DNA of 57,590 bases, the filler included, from Sphacelaria rigidula (Eukaryota), in assembly GCA_964200075.2 (NCBI GenBank). It is 5 parts of 5 records of this genome, joined end to end, with 100 filler letters (N's around TTAATTAATTAA, not from the genome) between each part and the next. Parts side by side here need not be neighbours in the genome. Positions count along the whole stretch, not along the records: positions 46,154 to 57,590 come from CAXNAA020004924.1; 4 more parts are not named here. The stretch is one strand, 5' to 3'. Each line of letters opens with the position of its first letter. The first letter of the stretch is position 1. The notes beneath the pieces were generated by a model. It was not told where the DNA came from. It did no database searches and worked only from the letters and a program-made list of their open reading frames with translations. This document shows positions 48,270 to 57,590 of the stretch, piece by piece. Position numbers and translations under genes: made by a program.

Positions 48270-51219
48270 TCATAACGACGTGTATGCAGCTGTGCACACG
48301 GGCAGACCGGGTGTGCACGTTTTTGAGCCGTTCGCATCCCTCATGGCTGCCCCGAGCATATGATAGTACGACCTTTGTTCATGTGTGGAACTTGGAAGAC
48401 CTGTTCGGTTAGAAATCTGACTAACCGAAAAAATGCATACCCCACTCAAACTGTAGAGATGGAAACATGTAACTTTTCGCGTGTGTGACACGCAGAAAAC
48501 TGCGAGAGTGGGCTTCAATACGCGCAGCAAAATCTAAGAGATGAGAAAAAGCGCCGTACGAGATCAGTTCGAACCCGCGGTCTGTCAGTGGCCTTCATAA
48601 CGTACTGCCTCAAACTCATCTCGGTTCTACTCGTAGCAACACGAAGTATGAAAACCCTTCGACAAGGTAGGTTGATTGTCCACGACCCCATGCCCTACCG
48701 AGCATACCTGCTTGTAGAGCAGGATAACCCCTTGGACAGACGGGCGCCGCGCAGAATAGCCGATGCCTCCTCTTCGAGACATCCTAACTCTCTGGCATAG
48801 TCTTTCGCGGTGGAGAGAACCTCTGTAGTAACGCCTTGCAGCACTGACACCCACTCCAGCGGCACATCCGCAGGGCACAGCCGAATCTCCCCTTAACACC
48901 GGCAAACGAAAAAAAAGCATGGTGTCGATGGCGTCGGCGACAATGGCGATAAATTGAGCGGGGAAGGGTGAGAAAGGGGCGGGGGTGCGTCGTAGTCACG
49001 TTTTGATCCTTCAAAACCGTCGCTGCTTACGAAGAAAGAGCGATTTACGATATATATGGGAGCAGCATCTTCAGAGGTTTGCTTAATAGTAGCTGAGTCA
49101 CCGAGTGGGACGTTACAGTCCGTAATTTTGTTCACGTACCGATCCATCCATGTGTGTACACCTCATTTCCACCTTCCATAACTGATGTGGGTCGTTGGGA
49201 GCACAACACGCGATCCAAACTCTGAGGGAAACGTGTGGTAGTTATGTTGGACGTGCTTCAATATCATCGCCGTGCTTCGGTGCCAAATTTCTTCTTATTA
49301 CCAACATGCTGTAATTTTCTGGCGGGAGATGGTCAGACGGCTGAACTCAGTTGACATGAAGACCCAAGACGACTCGCCTACCTTGGCGCAAGACAGACGG
49401 GTCGTTGCGGAGCACCACGCCAAGCCCACCGAAGTCAGGAACGGAGAACGCTGCTCGGTGAGTGGCGCAGGCACTCAGCAGCGAGTCAAGCGCCACACAG
49501 AGATTAGACTTGCTCCAGCCGCACCTGAAGAATAGTTAGGAAAGGTACAAAAGGAGAAACAATAAAATTAGCGAAATAGCTTGTTATGCTGCAGGCGTCA
49601 GGAAATGATTCTGCAAACGAGCATCATGGTAGGTAATGACCAGAAACTGCAGGAGGTATTTTCGACGGAAGAGCTGCGGCACTAGACCGTGAAAAATTGA
49701 ACAGGACATCGAACATGGATGTACCGACCCTCAATACACCATGGCGGCGACGATGAACTTTTACGCACTCCCGTAGCGGCGTCCCACTTCAAGTTACAGC
49801 AAAAAAGTAACTGGTTTGGAAATATACATCTGAGCAATCGCAGCTAGAGAGTAATGATACTTGTAGCGCGATCGATTGATTTCCACAAGCGTCACCAGCG
49901 TATGCACGCTACGCAAGGAAATGGTGTACAGAAGTGGCGGCAGAGGGGAGGGTGACGAGAGCGCCAACTACCCAAGCACTTGAGTACCTGAAGGTAAACT
50001 CGCCGAAGCCATACTGGTCCTGCAGCTGCACCACGAGTCGCTGGACATTCCGCGCGCTCCCCCTGCGCTCCCTGACAAGGGATCTACCGGCCTCGGTATC
50101 TAGCACGAAACCAAGCCCCGCGATGGTATTTTGGCCGCCACCCTTTGCTTCCCGCCCCTCATGCTGCCCGCCTCTCCCGCTTCCACCTGAATAACGATGG
50201 CTGTTGTAGTAGGGGTGACTCGGAGACGAACGGGCGTCACTGCCACCGCCGCCGAATAAGTCCTCCATAGCAGCCCAATTGTCGTCCTCTTCCCATCCGA
50301 AAGGCGTAGTGGCGGTGGTAGAATCTTGTTGCCGTCGGTGAGCTCCTTGCACAGTTGGCAGCGGAAGGGGCGGCCTCGGTATTGCGGAAATTCCTTGCGG
50401 TAGCGCTACACCGGCCGTTCGCAGCAGGTGCATCAGCTCCAGTTTGGTCGAATTGCGGCGGGCTTGGAGGGGCAACATAACCTTTGTGGGTGGTGGTACC
50501 AGCGGCGTACTCCCGTGTGCGTTAGGACCAAATTCTCCCATACTACTACTACTGCCCCCATCGGTGGTGGTACTTGTTGTTCTCGACATCACGGCGCTGT
50601 TGCTGTGGTTCTCACGAGGGCCTTTTCCTCGTCGTTCGATACGTTTGCTGCTGGTACTATTTTTATTGTGGTGATTTTCGTAGGCTTGATTGTTGGCAGC
50701 AGTCGAAACACTACCTGTACTATCTAACGCGCCTCCCGTAGCCCCTTTGAGGAAAAAGACGAGCCGCGTGCCGCTGCCGCCGCCGCTTGCGAGCACCATC
50801 GACTGATCATGCCATCCGTTGCTGCTCCGCACGTCTCGCTCGCCTAGGTGCATCGACAACGCTTGAAGATTCTTCTCGTTAACAGAACGCTCCTCTGGCA
50901 GGTCATGGAAGAAGTCCGGGTGTACGCGCAGTAAAAACGCCCGATAAAGTACCTTCCAATGATCTGGCGATATACTGCTGGTGGGGCCGCCGTCGTCGGT
51001 GTTGCTGGCAAACGAAGTGCTCATGTCGGCATGGCCACCGCATCGCACACCTCCACTACGCATGCCGCCGGCATTTCCAGTAGGTGACGTCGCCATTACT
51101 GGCGACCACAAGCGCTGCGGCTGCGTCCGATGTTGCATGACGCGGTGTTGAGTCAAGCGGATGCTAATGGATAGCTTCCGTCCAAAGGTAGGCGGATACT
51201 GGGTAATAAGCCATTGCAT
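48270..51219 (-). CDS. TCAIM-like protein (DUF4460 + DUF4461), probably mitochondrial
   Basis: Exons 51219-49988, 49524-49382 and 48891-48708 join in phase; tentative last exon 48372-48270. Motifs LYRAFLLRVHPDFF...ERSVNEKNLQAL (DUF4460), FRCGWS..L and GEIRLCPADVPLEW (DUF4461-like). Start codon and last exon are uncertain. Confidence 0.8.
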
Positions 51220-51767
51220 CAGCACGTACAGAGAGTGGGTCGCGAAGAGCTCACGACTACCCTTACACCACCGTACCTAAGGCGCTGTTACGTTTCACCG
51301 ATGCTGTGGCGAACCTGTGCAACGTGACATTTTTCTCCGGCACTTGAAACAACTCCGCAGCAGAGGGCAACAGAAGATAATTAATACTACAATATTTGTA
51401 GCAGCACCTCTATATGAAGGGTTTTATGTCGCCTACCAGCCACAACACTGTTGTATCACAAGCAGCTATAATACACAGGAGCTGCAAGTACGAAAATGGA
51501 TCGTTGCTCGCGGGACTGTCATCAAAACAGCGAATAGTAGGTAAAAACGAATGCATTTTTGGTCATGATCCAAATTTGCTTCCCCTATCCCCGGGACCAG
51601 ACATCCCTAACTTGAGTGTCGCGGATCCCGCATTGCTCAGGTTGCTCTTGCCCGTACAACTCGTCTCAACGACACAGAGGAATACAGAGTAGCACAAGCT
51701 TTCGCCGCGCCCCACATCCTTACTAAAAAGCCCTACCGGAGTTTGTTTCTCAAGTACAACATATAAA

Positions 51768-53146
51768 ATGAAGGTGTTCGCTTTGTTCACGCTACTCCTC
51801 ACGGCGGTGAGCGGTTTCGTTGTTCCATCGGCCGTTGTAGCTCCCACACGGTCTGTTGCGCGTTCCTCCACATCGGCGATGAACATGGGCCTCAAGGAGG
51901 ACTTCCAAAAGGCGGCCGTCACGGCCTCCGCCGCCGTGCTCACCGCTGCGCCCGCTTTCGCTACTGAGGGAACCGGGGAGGTGCGTCTCACGTGTTTTTG
52001 CATTCGTGTACTTGGAGGAGTGCATTGACTTGTTTTCGGTGTCAGTCTTTTTGTAGACGGTGCTGTGTCATTTTCATGAAATCGGACGAAGCTCAGCTTC
52101 AATACGACTGTACTGCGTCTACTGTGTTACACTGTAAATGTATAGTTTGAACATGAGATCATGAGCGGGAACATGTTCTAGTCCCGAAGCCTGATGGGTG
52201 TTGTGTATGAGTCATGTTTGCCGTCTAGCTTCGAGACTGCAAAGCGAACCTGGAGCACACAGTCAAGTAAAGAAAGGCTGTGGTGTTGGGTTGATGGAAG
52301 CTGAAGGCGGTCCATCTCCCATCTGGGAACGTTGTGGGGGGTTGGGTTCATGGGGAAAGTGTTGGAGGATGGGTCCCCGTTGGTATGGAGAGATGGCGAT
52401 TCCTTTTAATAAGAAGCCACTAGGAGCACGGACTGTCATCACCGCCGTACTTCTAGATCACCGTGAGCGTGGTGTTCCTCATCTGCCAGCATGGGCGCGG
52501 GCTGGTAATTGTGTAATCTTCCGTGTGGAAACTAAATGGGTATGGCCGTGAGTTGGTCGTCAACAGCAACCTGTCCCGTACATGAGACAGCCTCGAGCAG
52601 CCCCGCTCAGAGAGGTGGGACGTCGGTGAGAGCGAGGGATGCTTGGTTCGATTACAACCTGTGATCAGTGATGAGTGCATAGCAACGAAGGCCGGTGAGA
52701 CCTGAGCAATGAGAGCAAGCGTTCAACTCTCGGGTCGAGAGCATTTCTGGGCCCTTCTGATGAAATATCGCTAACCAGACAGTTGGTACTACTGCTTGAT
52801 ATGTAATTCTGTGTACTCGTCTGTACAGTCGTTTTGTACAAAACGGCATGGTGTGTCGTATGGAAAGCACACCTTGCCTTCCCGTACGCTTCTCACATCC
52901 CATGATTCACATCCTGCACATCAAGCGCAAAAGAAGCCGAAAACACCCGAGTTATCTCACGTCAACCTGTCCCTGCTGCACCTCCGATCTTTTCCACACG
53001 TACCACGGTGCGGATATATGCTATTTCATCATCGGGCGTGCTCGCGCTCACAGCCGTTGGGAGTTGAGGAAGCGAAGGCGTTGGTCGTGCCTCTTTTTGT
53101 GCTCGTCTCCATCAACCTCTTGTTCAACAACTGGGAGAAGGACCAA
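51768..53146 (+). CDS. psbW: Photosystem II subunit PsbW (nuclear-encoded), last exon not found
   Basis: Exons 51768-51980 and 53054-53146 join in phase 0. Signal peptide MKVFALFTLLLTAVSG|FVV, Ser/Arg-rich transit peptide, lumen signal ending APAFA, then mature TEGTGEPLGV and one TM helix. TEGTG is the PsbW hallmark. Confidence 0.85.
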
Positions 53147-56100
53147 GTGAGTACGAGTAGCGTGTGCATACAGGGGGTGATCAGCATGTATCCCAAACTA
53201 GCATCAATTTATCATGAACTAGCACCGGTTCGAGTACGTCTGGACTCGTGCACATACCAAGTGCTCACGTGCACAATTTTTGACGCACTGGACGCCGTCG
53301 AAGTCGTTTCTGAACTACACACTTTCGCCAGCACTCGAGTTGGAGTTTACTGAGGCTTTGTCGTACGTACGCTGTACGATCCCTACTTGAAGTGGCGCTC
53401 TTCTATTATCGAGCCAACGAAAATGATATTGACGCAGTTCCGGCTACTCTTTTGTACTCTGCAATATATGATTTTGACTCCCATACGGCGCATCGAACTG
53501 GGCTAGCCTAGGAAGGGCGTAGAGCCATGCTGTGTGCTTCCTCTGTCACACAAATGGAGGTACCTAGATGTCGGTGTTTTTTGGTTGAAAAAAATGTGTT
53601 TCAAATTTGCGGCTCGTGCCTGGATCATACCGCCGAACGGCTGCTAAAAAAGTAGGTGGCCCAAAAGTGGCCATTTTTTGCCCCTTCCAGAGGGGAGAAG
53701 TGTCGATTTCTTCATGATTTTTTATAAATCGACCCCGCCTTCACTGGGGCTTGCGGCCAGTAAGTCCCATGCTTTCGCATAGGCCTCCTGGACATATTTT
53801 ACTACCCTTTCAACGTCCCCGCCCTCTGACGCGCCCTACCCCCAGTTGTTCCACACCAGAGACGTTATCGCCCATCTTGAAAAGTGTCTGGTCGTGAACC
53901 TTGGAAAGGCTTTGCCACACCCCTTCCTAACGTGTCACCGTACTTCCCGTAATGCTGGAAGATACCTCAATTTGAGGTGCCGAAGATTTGTGTAAAGTGT
54001 GTAGGCTGGACTCAACCTACCCAAACTTCGGGTGGAGTGTGTACCCGGGCATTACGGTGTCTGAAAGTACATCCCCTACTCAACCTGCCCTGGCACCTGT
54101 CTAAATGATATAAAGTGCCGTGCGGCACTGAGGCGCATACTTACGCGGGTCTGAAGAACACACCCCTAGTGCAAGCTATTCTTGACCAAATGCCCGAATC
54201 TCGACCATGTGTCGATGGAGAAACAGCAGGTCGAAATCCACAATTTTTTGTAGCCATCACTCAGAGTAGAACTCAACCGGCCCTGGTTCTGAGATGCTCA
54301 TTCTCACCTCATTTTTACCGACTTCCGGAACTCTGTACGGGGATTCGAAGAGGCTCAAAACGGGATATCTCTGCGGGCGCTGATGCGCTACAATTTTTCG
54401 TAGCGCGCTGCTTGCCGAAACTTGACCTCGATCTTGAGGGTGGTCAGGTACATGAAGGAAATGCTCTCGTTCTGTGATGGGTGAATATGAAGCGACAGAC
54501 CATATTGATCCCGAGGGCGGGTGAAAAAATGAGGTCAACCTCCCACACAACTCATCTACGAACGGTTTTTTTTCGAACCGCGTACGTGATGCGAGAAGAC
54601 GTGGAAAATTCGAACTTTGGATGACACATGTATGCGAAAGATGACATTGCAATGGGTGGAGTGTGGGCTAAAATAACTCTTGCCGAATCGGAGTTGGAAT
54701 GGGCCTGTACTTCACTCGGTACAGTTTTTGGCCTCTGCATTCATCAACCATATATATTATCTTATCTAGGGTGTGGAAGAATCTTCGAAGCCCACGTCTA
54801 TGTGTGTCTTCATATGCCGGCGTCGTTGTGGCACTACACGTTCAACAAAGTGAAGAGAGCGGAAGACGTTGTGTTGTCTGATGTTGTTCAGTTCGGTCTT
54901 TGGCCTTCGAGAAGACGCGCGATTTCCTCGCAACTCCCGCCAAACGACTAGATTGTTTTTACTGAAACTAGATCATTCCTTGGTGTCGGTCCATATTTTT
55001 CTACAGCCATCGTAGCTTGAGCGCTGCAGTGCAGTCATTCCTTGGTCACTGCTGCCCCCGTGAACAAAATTTGAACCATCACACGTTACTCTGCCGAAAC
55101 AATTGTGCGCGAGGATCACAAGCTTCCGGGATCATGCGTATCAAATCCAAGTATTGTTTAGGGCTTGTGTAGTATCCGTATGCACTAGTAGTCAACTTTC
55201 CCCCCAGAGACCCCCATCACGACGTTTTCGTGCCACTCGTTCGATCCATGAGATCCCGAGAAAATCGAAGAGGAAGAATTGCTCCTCCAACTGAAGTGCC
55301 CCCGTGGCAGTAACAATAACTGTCTTTCATCCCATGTCTCGAATCGCATATGAAGACATTGAAAATTCATCATTTCGAAGTAATACCCCCCTGCGGTTCA
55401 ACGATGCATGAACAACGTTCAGAGATACGCCTCGCGGCTCATCCCTACTCTGCTCCCTTTCCCTTCGTCCCCTTTTTGCCGTCCCGACTTCTGCTCCGTT
55501 CCTCCAGCCTGGGGATGACTACTTCTCCGAGTACGACCCCCGCCGTAATTAGATTCTCGTTTTTTTAGATCGCTTCGGTGGCATGTTGAGTCTAATTGAG
55601 TACAAGAACGGAAAGGAGATGTTGAAACAGACGGGAGCCTGGAATGTGCAGACAGCGTGAGGAGAGTGGGGAGCAGCGGAATAATGCCTTCGCCGCATGC
55701 TACAGACGTTGTAGGGGCCAGGGGGGTGTCATGCCCGGACAGTTTTGATGAATTTCCTCGCCCGTCTACACGTGACACACCACAGTCTGCGGCTAAGCAA
55801 GGCCATACACACATCGAAAACCGGCGCAAGTGTTTGTTTCGGATTTTGTGCATTAGACTGGACCCATGAAAGGGGTTGGGGACGGTACTCCCTCAGGTCC
55901 TAGGCTGGTATGCTCGCGTATATAAGAACTGCAAGTCTCGGCATGAGATGGATTTTGCAGTCCACCACTTGGCGTGAACTTCCGGAAAAACCTGCGGCCC
56001 TCGAATGTCTGGTGCTCTCGCTGCACGCGAGTGTCACCTCTCGGATTTTTGCTTGTGTTTTGGTCTGTGGTACGCGCTTGCATAGCTCAGTGCTCGCCGC

Positions 56101-56743
56101 TGTCTTGTAAAAAGTAGGAGCACCTTGCATGTAGGTCGACGGGAGATTCGGATGTCCGTGCTGCGAGGTTTCGTCCACCTGAAGTCAATCTGCGTCGACC
56201 ATTTTAAATAACACTCGAGTAAACTGTCAAGTCATCTCCAACACTCCTTCAAGCACCCTAGCTGGATAGGGCTGAGTTGCCATGTTTTATGTACGACGTC
56301 TACTCGAAAATAGAAATGTTCCAAGACCGACGAGTTTGTCGCACATCTTCCATGGTGATTTCAATGAAGAATATACGCGAGGCATATCGACACTACAAAG
56401 CATTCGCCTGGATACCCGCGGGCCAGTCACGGCCGTGTGGCGTTCAAGAGCGCGTGTCACTTACCACGTGTGCACAGGAATCATATCCTTGGCTCTGCCC
56501 GTAGCCTCCCGTCAATTCCTGACTTGCATTTGTGCATGGTCGAGGCTGTACCATCGCGCGGGTGGGGTCCACGTTCAAGTCGTGACACGACAAGAGCAGA
56601 AACCTGTAATCACAACCTTGTGTTTCTCATGGCGCATCAGGACGGAGAGGGAAGGAGTCACTGGAGAGGAAAAATCAGCTCCAAACTTGAAAAGACACCC
56701 CTTATCCGAGTCTCCTTCCCTCGAAAATTAATTCTCAACACTC

Positions 56744-57105
56744 GCACCCCGGTGGCTTAGTTGGTACTTTGTAACCTTATGACGGTCGAGTTGTGGGGTT
56801 CGACTCCCGGAGTGAAGTGGGATATTTTCTTCCACTGTGCCCACCAGTTGTTGACGTTGATGTTGGCTGCACATCAAGAAATCGTGGGTACACGAGATTC
56901 GAGTCGACGGTCGACGAGGGAAGAAGACTGGTGAAGCCCTCTCGCGATAAAGAAATCACTGGCAGGCACCGCAAAAGGAAGAGGGGGTACTGACAACAGA
57001 AGATCCTGTGTTACCCTCCTCCTGTGTGACCCCGGCTGATGCACCCACGTGTCCCGAAAAGGGTGGACTGGAGCCCAAAATAATTGGGACAAGAAACAAA
57101 ACACA
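56744..57105 (+). mobile_element. tRNA-derived SINE
   Basis: A-box TGGCTTAGTTGG (56753-56764) and B-box GGTTCGACTCC (56797-56807). The acceptor stem does not close. Body shared with 8650-9020; A-rich tail. Confidence 0.8.
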
Positions 57106-57590
57106 ACCGAGATCCCCCACGTCCCATTCCCGTTTAGTTCCTCAACCCCCATGTTCAAGACTCGAGCGGCCGGTAGCCATAGCCAGCGTAGCAGCGTCAT
57201 CTCACGCATCGCCATGTTCGCCCCGACTGAAGGTCGGTAGTCGAGGCATACGACACGAAACATGATCCCATCAGTGAAATTCTGGATAATGGGTGATGAG
57301 CTTCGGGTGGTATCTCTCGTCATCTCGGCGGTTTCCCGTGCTAAAAATCTCCGACACAGCAGCTGACCGCATCCGCTAACGCCTCGACTACAATTTTGGC
57401 GACAGCAGGCAGAGTGTTCCCCCTCCCCTCCCCGCCCCTCCCCTCTAAAACGCGATTTTTTGTTATCTCGGGGCCAAGGGGCCCTACAGACTGGAAAACG
57501 GTGTTCACCCCCCCAATTTCCCGAAAACCTCATTCTGGGCGACCGGGGAGGGGGGGGGGGGTACGCCATTTTGGGTGGTAGGTACCCCCC

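Noticed and set aside
56744..56817. Functional tRNA gene
   Set aside because: A and B boxes are present but the acceptor and T stems do not pair properly, and it continues into a body shared with another SINE copy.

Overview
This window is not one locus. It is five unrelated contigs of near-identical length (1-11439, 11540-22978, 23079-34516, 34617-46053, 46154-57590; 11,439/11,439/11,438/11,437/11,437 bp), apparently sorted by size. They are joined by artificial 100-bp spacers (44 N + TTAATTAATTAA + 44 N), so adjacency across spacers has no biological meaning. The DNA is eukaryotic and intron-rich and comes from a photosynthetic stramenopile, most likely a brown alga (inference from an ASAF-type plastid presequence, short exons in long introns and a flagellar gene). 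Genes reconstructed by hand from GT-AG splice sites: complete NAA50 head-to-head with a kelch-repeat gene (contig 2); three internal exons of a CFAP58-family gene (contig 3); a CREST/ceramidase-like membrane hydrolase and a POLQ/HELQ helicase exon (contig 4); a TCAIM-like DUF4460/4461 gene head-to-head with psbW (contig 5); and tentative exons of an unknown gene (contig 1). Non-coding DNA is dense with small mobile elements: Mutator-, piggyBac- and Stowaway-like MITEs, tRNA-derived SINEs, a decayed LINE RT, a 28-bp-unit array that switches orientation, and microsatellites. I cannot show a wholly new biological system. The best leads are the bacterial-looking ceramidase-like gene (possible horizontal transfer), a 402-bp hairpin MITE carrying four TGACGT motifs, and the 28-bp foldback-like array. 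All family assignments come from motif recognition, not database searches.
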